NCBI GenBank assembly: GCA_018970605.1
Contig: JAGWWA010000003.1
Span: 2,289-66,288, forward strand
DNA from: Planctomycetota bacterium
Lineage (GTDB): Bacteria > Planctomycetota > Planctomycetia > Pirellulales > UBA1268
Direction of reading: 5' to 3'
DNA length: 64,000 nt
Below, piece by piece: positions 35,913 to 45,888 of the stretch. The notes beneath the pieces were generated by a model. That model worked only from the letters and a program-made list of their open reading frames with translations, had not been told where the DNA came from and ran no database searches. The translations under genes were made by a program, and so were the position numbers. Each line of letters starts with the position of its first letter. Within the stretch, counting starts at the first letter, position 1.

Positions 35913-37304
35913 GTGCAGCAGCCCCGTATCATCATCATCGATTCCGCCGGCGCCGCCGCCCTGCCCTACTCACGGCTGGTGGCGCGGCTCCAGCCGCTCG
36001 ACGTGCGGGTGGAGACGTCGCTCGAGGCGGCACTCGCCACGCTCTCCCGCGATTCCTGGGATCTCGGCGTGGTGACGGCCCGTTCGGGGCCGACTGCCGA
36101 CGTGCTCTTCACGGCCCTCCGCAAGGCGGACCCCCAGCTGCCGATGGTGGTGATCGACCCCAAGCCGAGCGTCGAGACCGCCCGCGCCTGCCTGAATGCG
36201 GGTGCCGGCGACTACCTCGACATCGCCCTCGTCGAAAACGACCTCGAGGACTCGCTCGAGAAGCTTCTGCTGACGTCGCGGCGGCGGGCCCAGGAGGAGG
36301 TGCTTCGCCGCGCGGTCGAGCGGCCCTATTCGTTCGCCGAGTTTCTCGGCGAGAGTGGGGCGATGCAGCAGGTCTACTCGATCATCGATCGCGTGGCCAC
36401 CAGTTCCGTCGATGTGCTCGTCACCGGCGAAACCGGGACCGGCAAGGAACTCGTCGCCCGCGCGATCCACGCCCGTAGCCGACGGGCCGAGGGGCCGTTC
36501 GTGCCGGTCGACTGTGGGGCGATCCCCGACGCCCTGATCGAGAGCGAACTCTTCGGCCACGAGCGCGGGGCGTTCACGGGCGCCGATGCCCGGCGAATGG
36601 GGCTCGTGGAGTTCGCCGACGGGGGCACGCTGTTCCTCGACGAGGTGGGCGAACTGCCCTTGCCGCTGCAGGCGAAGCTGCTTCGTGTGCTCCAGGAGCG
36701 GCGGGTGCGGCGGGTCGGAGCGAGGCAGGAGAACCCGGTCGATGTCCGGGTGGTCGCCGCCACCTCCCGCGAGATCGATCAGATGGTGCAGCGGGGCGAG
36801 TTTCGCCGCGACCTCTTCTACCGGATCAACGTGGTGCGGATCGACCTGCCTCCGCTCCGCACGCGGGGCGACGACATCGGCCTGCTCGCCGAGCACTTCG
36901 CCAACAAGGCGGCCGCTGAGATGGGGCGGAGCGTCGGCGGGCTCTCAACCGATGTCTACCAGGTGCTCAAGGGCTACCACTGGCCGGGCAACGTCCGCGA
37001 GTTGCAAAACGTGGTTCGTCGGGCGATCGCGATGACGCGGTCGTCGATGGCAGGCATCGACGACCTTCCTGACGACGTGGTGAGCGCGGCGGGCCGGACG
37101 GTCGGGGCCGAGGCAGGAGCGGTCGGCTTCTTTGCCCAGCGGGCGGAACACGTGGCGCGGTTCGAGAAGCAGTTCCTCACCGACCTACTCACGCGGCACC
37201 TCGGCGACGTGTCGGCGGCCGCCCGCGAGGCACGGCTGCCCCGGGGAACGCTGTATCGGCTGATGAAGGGACACGGCCTCGACGGCGGTCAGTTCCGGAA
37301 GTGA
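35913..37304 (+). CDS. sigma-54-dependent activator (NtrC-like) with degenerate receiver domain
   Basis: GETGTGKE, ESELFGHERGAFTGA, LFLDEVG, WPGNVRELQN, C-terminal Fis-type HTH; start GTG 35913 inferred. Confidence 0.92.
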   Translation: MQQPRIIIIDSAGAAALPYSRLVARLQPLDVRVETSLEAALATLSRDSWDLGVVTARSGPTADVLFTALRKADPQLPMVVIDPKPSVETARACLNAGAGDYLDIALVENDLEDSLEKLLLTSRRRAQEEVLRRAVERPYSFAEFLGESGAMQQVYSIIDRVATSSVDVLVTGETGTGKELVARAIHARSRRAEGPFVPVDCGAIPDALIESELFGHERGAFTGADARRMGLVEFADGGTLFLDEVGELPLPLQAKLLRVLQERRVRRVGARQENPVDVRVVAATSREIDQMVQRGEFRRDLFYRINVVRIDLPPLRTRGDDIGLLAEHFANKAAAEMGRSVGGLSTDVYQVLKGYHWPGNVRELQNVVRRAIAMTRSSMAGIDDLPDDVVSAAGRTVGAEAGAVGFFAQRAEHVARFEKQFLTDLLTRHLGDVSAAAREARLPRGTLYRLMKGHGLDGGQFRK

Positions 37305-37382
37305 TGCGGGTCACGATCGAACATCGTGCTCGAGGTTTCGGCGAGTGAAAGCCGACCGGCCGTGAGGCCGCGGGCGAACGAC

Positions 37383-37434
37383 GCTGGACGCTGCGTCTGG
37401 TGGTGGTTCGCCCCACGCCTTACGGCGTTGGGCT
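37383..37434 (-). repeat. ~50-bp REP-like repeat, type B
   Basis: Reverse complement AGCCCAACGCCGTAAGGCGTGGGGCGAACCACCACCAGACGCAGCGTCCAGC. Confidence 0.8.
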
Positions 37435-37451
37435 TGGACGGTGCGGGGCGA

Positions 37452-37507
37452 GTTGCACAGGGTTTCAACCTGTGCCGGATATGCCGCAGGTTGAAAACCT
37501 GCGCTAC
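37452..37507. repeat. inverted doublet of GTAG-type REPs (REPIN-like)
   Basis: GTTGCACAGGGTTTCAACCTGTGC (+) and GTAGCGCAGGTTTTCAACCTGCG (-) separated by 9 bp. Confidence 0.8.
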
Positions 37508-37547
37508 GGGGCCGCCGGGGGGCCACGCCGCGACTGCGTGCCGACCT

Positions 37548-38939
37548 TCAGTTCTTCTTTTTGCGGTCCCAGGTCTGGCCAGCCTTGTAGCGGGCGACCC
37601 GTTCCCGGAGCTCTTCGTTCGTGGTGATCCCGAGCACCCTGTCGAGCGCCTTCGTGAACTCGTCCTTATTGGCGTCGCGGAGCTTCTGGTGGTGTGCGAG
37701 CTCCACCACGCTGCGGCAGGCCGGCTCGGCGAGCGCGGGGTCGTCGAGATAGGGAACGACGAAACGGAACGTCTCGATCGTGCGGATCGCGTTGGCCCGC
37801 TCCAGAATCCGGGCCTTGTCCTCCGTCCGTTCGCAGAGCGCCATGGTCTTCACGAGCAGGTCGAGCTTTTCGCGGTCGTTGAGCTTGTTGTCGGGCAGCG
37901 GGGCGATCCGGATGAGCGTGCCGAGCAGCAGGTCCTTCTCCTGCGGATCGTCCGCCTTGCCGAGGAGGTCCAGCAGCCGGTCCTTCACGGTGGCATCCGG
38001 CCACTTGGAGAGGGCTTCGAGTCCCTGCGGCCGTCGTGCCGGATCAGCGAGCATCGCATCGACGATCACCATCACCTTCGGGCCGCCGACGCGAGCCAAG
38101 GCGGGCAGAAGCTTTGACCGGGACGGCTCGTCGGCCGCCTGATATCGATCGATGAGCACGTCGGTCGAGGGGCCGGCGTTTCGCGCGGCGGTGCAGACGG
38201 AGGCGATGGCGAGTTCCGCGGCCCGTTGCTCGTCCCCCGACGCCTTCAGCAGCGACTGCACCATGGCCGGGATCTCGTTCGGTCCGCCGAAGCGGGCGAG
38301 CGCCCGCATCGCCGCCTGGCGGACCGCAGCGTCGCCGTCGGCGGCGGCCTGCACGAGCACCGGCAACGCTGCCCGATCGCGGCGTTCGGCCAGCGCGTCG
38401 ATCACGGCCGCCCGCGTGGCTGGGGAGCCGGTCGCGGCGGCGGCCCGGATCGCCGCGGCGGCGTCGGGGCCGGCGATCTCCACGAGCCCACGACGGGCGG
38501 CGTCGCGCTGGGGCCCGTCGGCTGAGAGCGAGGTCACCAGCACCGCCACGTCGGCCGGACCGCCGAGTCGGCCGATGAGTTGCACGGCGGCGGCTCGGAC
38601 CTCGGCGCTGCTCGCCGAGGCGGCCACCTGTGCGGCGGCGGGCAAGGCCGCCGCGTCGCCGCGATCGGCGAGCGCGAGGAGAAGGGCTGCCTGCCGGGAC
38701 GGAGGCAGGCTCGCAAGCTGGTCGGCGACCATCCGCGTGGCCCAGTCTCCCTTCAGGCCGTGGCGGATCGCGTCGAGCGCCACCGCCCGGAGGTCGGCGT
38801 CGCCCGAACCGAGCAGCGACACCACGTCGTCGGCGGCCTGCCTGGTCGAGGCAGAGATGGCATCGGCGGCCGTGAGGATCTGCGGCACGATCAGCGACGT
38901 GAGCACCAGGGCCGTGATCAGGGCTGTGGTCGGGCTCAT
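37548..38939 (-). CDS. exported HEAT/PBS-lyase repeat protein
   Basis: Signal peptide; repeats VRAAAVQLIGRLG, VRQAAMRALARFGG; start 38939 or 38966. Confidence 0.82.
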   Translation of the reverse strand: MSPTTALITALVLTSLIVPQILTAADAISASTRQAADDVVSLLGSGDADLRAVALDAIRHGLKGDWATRMVADQLASLPPSRQAALLLALADRGDAAALPAAAQVAASASSAEVRAAAVQLIGRLGGPADVAVLVTSLSADGPQRDAARRGLVEIAGPDAAAAIRAAAATGSPATRAAVIDALAERRDRAALPVLVQAAADGDAAVRQAAMRALARFGGPNEIPAMVQSLLKASGDEQRAAELAIASVCTAARNAGPSTDVLIDRYQAADEPSRSKLLPALARVGGPKVMVIVDAMLADPARRPQGLEALSKWPDATVKDRLLDLLGKADDPQEKDLLLGTLIRIAPLPDNKLNDREKLDLLVKTMALCERTEDKARILERANAIRTIETFRFVVPYLDDPALAEPACRSVVELAHHQKLRDANKDEFTKALDRVLGITTNEELRERVARYKAGQTWDRKKKN

Positions 38940-39016
38940 GGGACCGTGCTGACTGGTGACTGGCATGAGATGAGGCTCGTGGAGTGCGGGGCGATGATGC
39001 TCGAGGTTCGGCGGAT

Positions 39017-39763
39017 TCAGGGGGCGACGGTGTCGTCGAGGCAGGCCAGCAGGCCGCTCTGCGCCGCGACCCGGACCGCTCGTGACCGGTGTGTCTTTGG
39101 CGCGTCGCCGACGGTGGCGGCGACGGAACGGTAGATCGTGCTCGCGGCCTCACGATCACCGGCGGCGAGAAAGGCGTCGGCGCAGGCGAGTCGGGCGTCG
39201 ATCACGGCATCGGCCACCGGACCCGCCTGAGGCTTTGCCGCGGCGAGCGCCGCCGCGGCATCAGGCGTGGCGATCCGGCCGAGCGCGACGGCCGCGGCGG
39301 CGGCGAGCTTCGCATCGCCACCGAGGAGTGCCGCCAGCGGCTTCACGCTCGCGGCATCCCGTCGGTTGGCGAGCGACGAGATCATGCCGATCGCGAGGTC
39401 ACCGCTGACCGATCCGAGGGCGTTCCGGATCGCGTCGCCCGCCGCCGGCACCGGGATTCGCTCGAGGGCGAACCGTGCCATGTGGGATTCGGCGGGGTCG
39501 GCGAGCCGCGGCGCGAGCACGGGCACCGACGCCGCCGTGCCGATCATCGAGAGCTTGCGGCAGGCGTATTCCTTCGCCGCCCGGGATGCCTTCCCGGTGA
39601 CGATTTCACCGAAGCGTCGCTCCAGGTCGGCGGTCAGGGCGGCGTCGCCGTGGCACGCGATGACGGCGGCATCGAGCTTCGCCAGCGGCGCCGCGTCGGC
39701 CCCCCAGTCGAATGCCGCGAGGGCCTTGAACTCGTCGTCGAGCGGAATGTGGTCGTATGCCAT
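39017..39763 (-). CDS. HEAT-repeat protein, no obvious signal peptide
   Basis: AKEYACRKLSMIGTAASVPVLA, HMARFALERIP, AAAVALGRIA. Confidence 0.82.
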   Translation of the reverse strand: MAYDHIPLDDEFKALAAFDWGADAAPLAKLDAAVIACHGDAALTADLERRFGEIVTGKASRAAKEYACRKLSMIGTAASVPVLAPRLADPAESHMARFALERIPVPAAGDAIRNALGSVSGDLAIGMISSLANRRDAASVKPLAALLGGDAKLAAAAAVALGRIATPDAAAALAAAKPQAGPVADAVIDARLACADAFLAAGDREAASTIYRSVAATVGDAPKTHRSRAVRVAAQSGLLACLDDTVAP

Positions 39764-39778
39764 GCGGAATGCTCCGGG

Positions 39779-41059
39779 TCAGAGTGTCCAGGGTTCGCGG
39801 CGGGCTCGGTCGAGCAGGCGGTTGGCCTCCTCGTCGTTGACGAATCGCTGCGCGGCGCGATCCCATTCGAGCGAACGCTCCAGCCGGCGGACGAGGCCGA
39901 GCATGTGCGGCGCCGTCATCGTGTTGATGGCCACCTCGAGGTCGCGGAACGGCCGCTGCCGCGTCTTGACGCATTCGATGAAGTCGCCATAGATGCCGCC
40001 GCTGCCGCGGTAGGCGGGTACCGCCCGGGGAGTCGCCGCGTTTCCATCGCCGCGGATCGTGATGCCGCGCTCATGCGAGATCGTGGCGGCGGTGTCGGCG
40101 GGGCGAAGCTGTTTCGGCCGGTTGCAGTGCACCTCGACGCCATTGGGGTAGACGAGCGTCGCGTAGGCCGACGCCTGACCGTCGGCCGCGGCACGATGCC
40201 AGACGGCCTTCGTGGGCTGGAGATCGAGGAGCCCGGCGGCGAAGATCGTGCCGCCGAAGTTGTGGGCGCCCCAGTCGGTGAGGCTGCCGCCCGAGTAGTC
40301 GATGTACGACCGCCAGCTGTTGCCCCCGGTGCCGAAGTTGCCGTCGCAGCGGCCCGGGTTGTACGGCTCCCAGGGAGCCGGACCAAGCCAGAGTTCCCAG
40401 TCGATGTCCGACGGCGTGGCGACCGCCGGCAGGTAGCAGGCCATCGAGGACGGGCCGGGGTCGATGTCGACCGACGTGATCCGGCCGAGTTCGCCGGCCC
40501 AGCAGGGATCGACGATCTCGCGGTAGTCTTCCAGCACCCGCTGGCTGCCGCCGGAGACCACGCGACCATAGCGGCGTGCGGCCTGGATCATCAGTGGCCC
40601 TTCGCGGAGCGTGAGCGTCTCGGGCTTCTGGAGGTAGATGTCCTTGCCGGCGCGGCAGGCCGCGATGGTCATCAGCGAGTGCCAGTGGTCGGGCGTGGCG
40701 ATATGGACGGCGTCGATGTCGTCGCGGCCGAGCAGTTCACGAAAGTCGACGTAGGCCGCGCAGTCGCGGGAGCCCTGCTTTTCGTCCACGCGGCCCTTGG
40801 CGTCATCCCGCCACTTCTTCCGAACATCGCAGACGGCGACGTATTGCACGTCGGGCCGGGCGAGAAACGCCCGCTGGTCGCCCGAGCCCATGTTGCCCAT
40901 GCCGATGCCACCCATCACGATCCGGTCGCTCGCCGGCGGCGTCGTGGCGTCGCCGAGCGCCTTCGAGGTGATCACGTAGGGCGCCGCGACGACGGCGGCC
41001 GAGGCCTGGAGTGAAGCCGCCAGAAAGCGGCGCCGGGTGGGTGGGAGTTTGTCTCGCAT
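39779..41059 (-). CDS. Tat-exported Gfo/Idh/MocA family oxidoreductase
   Basis: TRRRFL twin-arginine; GIGMGNMG, IATPDHWH, YLQKP, DWELWLGPAP, DWGAH. Confidence 0.9.
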   Translation of the reverse strand: MRDKLPPTRRRFLAASLQASAAVVAAPYVITSKALGDATTPPASDRIVMGGIGMGNMGSGDQRAFLARPDVQYVAVCDVRKKWRDDAKGRVDEKQGSRDCAAYVDFRELLGRDDIDAVHIATPDHWHSLMTIAACRAGKDIYLQKPETLTLREGPLMIQAARRYGRVVSGGSQRVLEDYREIVDPCWAGELGRITSVDIDPGPSSMACYLPAVATPSDIDWELWLGPAPWEPYNPGRCDGNFGTGGNSWRSYIDYSGGSLTDWGAHNFGGTIFAAGLLDLQPTKAVWHRAAADGQASAYATLVYPNGVEVHCNRPKQLRPADTAATISHERGITIRGDGNAATPRAVPAYRGSGGIYGDFIECVKTRQRPFRDLEVAINTMTAPHMLGLVRRLERSLEWDRAAQRFVNDEEANRLLDRARREPWTL

Positions 41060-41216
41060 GGTCCCCTCTCTGGATGCGGTCAGTGGCATCGAAATGTAGC
41101 GGCGTCCCCGAGGTCAAACAAACCACAAACGGGTGATATGGCTGGCCCGACACCCGGATCGTCGTCACGGGACGATCGCTTGCCAATTGCGGCGGAAATC
41201 GGCCGACCGGGCAGGC

Positions 41217-41479
41217 AGAGGGCATGGGGAGCCCCGAGCGCACGGTGAACGCCTCGTCAGCATCGCACGTGATGCTCGCGCGTCGTCTGGTCACCGCCGC
41301 CGGCCGGCGACATGCTCGTCGCCGGCGGGACGTGTGAGTTCTCTTCCCCAACGGTACCGAGCAAGTCTTGCGGTGCACACGTCTCACCGGCTTCTGCGCG
41401 TGCCCCCGATCCGGCTGCTCCCCCGTCCGGAATCCCATGCCAGGGATGATGGTGCGGCGGGCATGGGCAGCCCCGAGCC
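41217..41479 (+). repeat. two degenerate right-arm fragments of the ~135-bp element (~41217-41240 and ~41455-41479)
   Basis: AGAGGGCATGGGGAGCCCCGAGCG and GGGCATGGGCAGCCCCGAGC match the end of copy 2. Confidence 0.65.
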
Positions 41480-41511
41480 TTGTGGCGCCTCACGATCACA
41501 TGAAACTCGGA

Positions 41512-43509
41512 TCAGCCGTCGAGCGGCTTGATCCAGATGTTGCGGAATCGCACCGGGCTGCCGTGGTCCTGGAGGAAGAGTGGCCCTCTGCCGGTTTTTC
41601 GCAGGGTCGCTTCGATGGCCCGCAGATGGTCGGTCACGCCGTGCCGGTAGGGGATGTAGGGCGAACGTGGCTCCGTGAACTCGATCCCATCCTGGACGAG
41701 TTTTCCGTTGAGCCAGGCGGTGATGCGCCCCGGCGCGGTGATCGCTCCGTCCGCATTCCGTCGCGGCGCGAGGAAGCGAATGTCGTAGACCTGCCACTCG
41801 CCCGTGGGACGGGCTGCGTTCACCAGCGGCTTGCCGAACCGGTAGAGCGAACCTTCGTCCTGGTCGGTCGGTGGCTCGACGCCGAAGGAATCGTAGATCT
41901 GCATCTCGTAGTGGCCGTGGATGTAGAGGCCGCTGTTGCCCTTGGCGGTCGGCACGGTCATGAACTCGGCGTGGATGTCGGCGTCGCGAAACACCGGCAT
42001 GGAGACGAGGTGGTTGGCGTGGCCTTTCGACGCCCCCATCACGAGCGTGCCGTCCACGACCTTCCAGTCGATCGCCCCGCCATCCATGGCCGTGAACTTC
42101 GGCCCGCCGGGCTCGCTGCCGTCGCCGAAGAGCAGGATCGCCCCGGGGGGCGGCGGGACAGGGAGCGGCTCCTGCACGGGATGGAAGTCGGCTGCGTCGC
42201 CGGTCCTCGGTTCGATGCCCCGGAGCGTGCGGTCGGCGAAGTCGGCATACCGCAGCCAGTCGTATTCGAGCAGGTCGTGCTTGCCGGTGCGGACGTGGTA
42301 GCCGATCGTCCGACCGACCGGCGTATCAACAGGCGGCCACTCGGTCGTGCCGAGGCCCTCCAGGCCAAAGAGTCCCCAGACGGGGCCGGCGGCGACGGCG
42401 GCGAGAAACTCCCCCTTCGGATCGGCCCACCGGTCGTCGATCGCGCTGGCAACATAGAGTGGACGCGGCGCCGCCATCGCGAGCGTCACGTGGGCATCGA
42501 CGGGAAGGTCGGTTTCCCGATCGGCGTACGTGCGGAACGCCGGGCAGAACCAGTGCGGAAACCGACGCGTGATCGCCTCGACGGTCTCGCCGTAGTTTCG
42601 ACGCTCGAGCGCCGCGCCGCCGCAGCCTGACTCGTTGGAGACCACCATCGCGAACCGCGCGTCGCAGGCGCCGGCCCAGATGGCCGCCTTGCCGTTCCGC
42701 GAGTGACCCACCACGACCACCTTTGCGGCATCGACCTCAGGCAATGTGACGAGCCAGTCGAGTATCCGGCAGAGCTGCCAGGCCCAGGTGGCGATCGCGC
42801 CCGGTTCGTCGGCGGCAAGGTCGCCTTCCACCGGCCTGCCGAGCGAGGCGAGGGCGCTCGCCGCACGGCCGTCGGCACGATCCGGAAAGACGTCGCCGTA
42901 GCAGGCCGTGGCCACGCCGTAGCCGCGGTCGAGCAGTTTCTCGACAGGCCAGTGCCGCGCGTCCTTGGCCCGCGAGGTGTGCGTGGCGCGATTGCCGACG
43001 ATCTCCCCGCGCTTGTCGTCCGGGAGCCAGGCCTCGCACATCCGGATCGCCGGATCGGGATGCTCCGCCTGGTTGCCCTTGAAGTTGAGATGCAGGAACA
43101 CCGGCACCGGGCGGTCGCTCGTCGGCAGGTAGGCGAGCACATCGGTCGTGACGGCCTGTGGCGTGTCGCCGAGCCGCAGCCGCGCCTGGAGCCGGGTGGC
43201 CTTGATGCCGTCGGCGAGCGTCACGTCAACGCGGTCGATGTCGCCGACCACGCTCACCGGCACCGCGGGTAGGCGACGGCCGTATACGGTCGTCTCGAGA
43301 AGCGCAAACTGATGGGGCCGTATCGTCGTTCGCCAGGCATCAGGCGTCGCTGCAGTCTGACCGTCGGGGCCGGCAAGCACGTCCGGGAGCGCATAGGGCC
43401 GGATGGCCGATTCGTCGTAGTTGGCCTGCTCGGCAGCACGCGAATCGACGGCGGTCATTCCGATGGCTCCGGCAAGCATGGCGCACCGCGTGAAGGAAGC
43501 AGTCTTCAT
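41512..43509 (-). CDS. secreted CE15-like (glucuronoyl esterase family) esterase fused to C-terminal DUF1080
   Basis: GHSRNGK, ESGCGGAAL, WADPKGE, GKHDL; then GNSGLY..YEMQI..GEWQVYDI..LQDHGSPVRFRNIWI. Confidence 0.85.
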   Translation of the reverse strand: MKTASFTRCAMLAGAIGMTAVDSRAAEQANYDESAIRPYALPDVLAGPDGQTAATPDAWRTTIRPHQFALLETTVYGRRLPAVPVSVVGDIDRVDVTLADGIKATRLQARLRLGDTPQAVTTDVLAYLPTSDRPVPVFLHLNFKGNQAEHPDPAIRMCEAWLPDDKRGEIVGNRATHTSRAKDARHWPVEKLLDRGYGVATACYGDVFPDRADGRAASALASLGRPVEGDLAADEPGAIATWAWQLCRILDWLVTLPEVDAAKVVVVGHSRNGKAAIWAGACDARFAMVVSNESGCGGAALERRNYGETVEAITRRFPHWFCPAFRTYADRETDLPVDAHVTLAMAAPRPLYVASAIDDRWADPKGEFLAAVAAGPVWGLFGLEGLGTTEWPPVDTPVGRTIGYHVRTGKHDLLEYDWLRYADFADRTLRGIEPRTGDAADFHPVQEPLPVPPPPGAILLFGDGSEPGGPKFTAMDGGAIDWKVVDGTLVMGASKGHANHLVSMPVFRDADIHAEFMTVPTAKGNSGLYIHGHYEMQIYDSFGVEPPTDQDEGSLYRFGKPLVNAARPTGEWQVYDIRFLAPRRNADGAITAPGRITAWLNGKLVQDGIEFTEPRSPYIPYRHGVTDHLRAIEATLRKTGRGPLFLQDHGSPVRFRNIWIKPLDG

Positions 43510-43613
43510 GAGAAGTCCCCGATCCGCAGCCTGTGACCCCTGGCGTGGCGCCGGCCTGCCGGCACCACGATGTTGTACCCTATGGTTTTGGGGCACCACA
43601 GGACATCGCGACG

Positions 43614-45065
43614 ATGAGCCGAACCTCGCGACGAGCATTGTGCCGCGGAGCTGCTGCCGCCGTGGGCATGTGGGCGGCCTCATCGCGGCGCGGTTGCGCC
43701 GCCGGCGGGAGCAGCCTGACGACACTTCGCGTGAAGGACGTCCGCACCGGCTTTCGCGATCACCGTTATCGCACGCCCTACAAGTTTGGCGGCGTGCCGG
43801 TCGATCGCGTCACGCTGCTCGACGTGACGATCGACACCGAACTGCCCGACGGCCGCGTGGTGACCGGCGTTGCCGCGATGCCCCTGGGGAACGTGTGGGC
43901 GTTTCCTGCTCGGGACCTGCCCTACCAGGCCACGCTCGATGCCATGAAGAGCCTCGCCGGACGGATCGCGGGCGTCGTCAGAGACTGTCCGGAGGCGGCG
44001 CATCCGCTCGAACTCTGGCATCGCCTCGAGCCGGAGTTTCTCGCGGCGGCCGCTGCCGAGTCGGCCCGGCTGGCGCTGCCGGTGGCGATTCCGAAACTTG
44101 CCACGCTCGTGGTGGCGAGTCCGTTCGACGCGGCGCTGCACGACGCCTGCGGCAAGGCGCTCGGCCGCAGCAGTTTTCTGACCGTGGCGCCCGAACTCGT
44201 GGGACACGACCTCTCCCGCTATCTCGGCGCCGAGTTCGCCGGCGAGAGCCTTCAGGACGTGGTGCGGCCGCGGCCAGCCGACACGGTGCCGCTGTTTCAC
44301 TCGGTTGGCGGCAGCGATCCGCTCTCGGCCGCCGAGGCCGATGCGATGGGCGTGCCCCGCGACGGCCTGCCGCGGACGCTCGCCGAGTGGATCGCGTTCA
44401 ACGGCCTGTGGAACATCAAGATCAAGCTCCAGGGCGAGTCGCTCGACTGGGACGTCGACCGCACGCTGGCGGTTGATCGCATCGCCCGCGAAACCCGTCC
44501 CGATGGAGGGTGGCGGTATTGCGTGGACTTCAACGAGCGCTGCCCGAACGTCGACTACGTGCTCGAGTACCTGCGGCGGGTGAAGGCGGGGTCGGCACGG
44601 TGCCTGGAGAGCATTCTCTACGTGGAGCAACCGACCGTCCGCGATCTTGCCACCGTGCCGCGAAACGACATGCATCTCGCGGCGAAGCTCCGGCCCGTGG
44701 TGATCGACGAGTCGCTCACCGACCTCGAGACGCTGCTCCTCGCCCGCGACCTCGGCTACACCGGCGTGGCGCTCAAGGCATGCAAGGGGCAGTCGCACTC
44801 GCTCCTGATGGCGGCGGCGGCTCGACGGCACGGCATGTTCGTGTGCGTGCAGGATCTCACCTGCCCCGGCGCGGCGCTCGTGCATTCGGCCGGCATCGCG
44901 GCCTGGGTGCCGGGTGTGGCGGGGATCGAGGCGAACGCGCGGCAGTACGTACCGGAGGCGAACCGGGAGTGGGAGGACCGGCTGCCGGGAATTTTTCGCG
45001 TGACGGACGGGTCGATGCACACGGCCTGTCTGGCCGGCCGGCCAGGCCTCGGGGCGGCGGACTGA
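43614..45065 (+). CDS. enolase-superfamily (mandelate racemase/MLE-like) protein
   Basis: KIK, VDFNE, YVEQP, IDES, ALKACKG; start uncertain. Confidence 0.85.
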   Translation: MSRTSRRALCRGAAAAVGMWAASSRRGCAAGGSSLTTLRVKDVRTGFRDHRYRTPYKFGGVPVDRVTLLDVTIDTELPDGRVVTGVAAMPLGNVWAFPARDLPYQATLDAMKSLAGRIAGVVRDCPEAAHPLELWHRLEPEFLAAAAAESARLALPVAIPKLATLVVASPFDAALHDACGKALGRSSFLTVAPELVGHDLSRYLGAEFAGESLQDVVRPRPADTVPLFHSVGGSDPLSAAEADAMGVPRDGLPRTLAEWIAFNGLWNIKIKLQGESLDWDVDRTLAVDRIARETRPDGGWRYCVDFNERCPNVDYVLEYLRRVKAGSARCLESILYVEQPTVRDLATVPRNDMHLAAKLRPVVIDESLTDLETLLLARDLGYTGVALKACKGQSHSLLMAAAARRHGMFVCVQDLTCPGAALVHSAGIAAWVPGVAGIEANARQYVPEANREWEDRLPGIFRVTDGSMHTACLAGRPGLGAAD

Positions 45066-45135
45066 TCTGCGCCTTTGTGATGTGCATGATCGAGTGCGTG
45101 GCGACTGATGGCCGACCGGCCGCGGTCGAATGCCG

Positions 45136-45187
45136 GCTGGACGCCGCGCCTGGTGGCGGTTCGTCCCACACCTTACGGCGTTGGGCT
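45136..45187 (-). repeat. ~50-bp REP-like repeat, type B
   Basis: Reverse complement AGCCCAACGCCGTAAGGTGTGGGACGAACCGCCACCAGGCGCGGCGTCCAGC. Confidence 0.78.
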
Positions 45188-45335
45188 GGTGCGAATGGTG
45201 GCTCGCTTTTTAAGCAGGTTCCGCACACGTCAGCGTGTCGCGCGGGTGCGACGATCGGCGGCCGGATTCACGCGTGCGCGACAACTGCGAGGCCACCAGC
45301 AGCAGAAAAACAGCCTGTTTTGTGAGTGATGGCTT

Positions 45336-45351
45336 TGGCACGCGACGTGCA
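45336..45351 (+). promoter_or_regulatory. sigma-54 (-24/-12) promoter upstream of the P-II gene
   Basis: TGGCACGCGACGTGCA: GG-N10-GC with TGGCACG core, ~100 bp before the start. Confidence 0.75.
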
Positions 45352-45363
45352 GTTCCGTGATAG

Positions 45364-45786
<423 letters not shown>

Positions 45787-45798
45787 TTGGCATCGCAG

Positions 45799-45849
45799 AC
45801 CCGCGGGGGCCGTCCAAGGCCCCCGCGGGTGCTTGCTGCCACCCTTTTT
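45799..45849 (+). terminator. hairpin/probable terminator after P-II gene
   Basis: ACCCGCGGGGGCC/GGCCCCCGCGGGT stem; the T-run is displaced ~14 nt downstream. Confidence 0.55.
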
Positions 45850-45888
45850 CCTTTCTGCAAACCACCGGGCGACCTATCCGCAAGGCGA

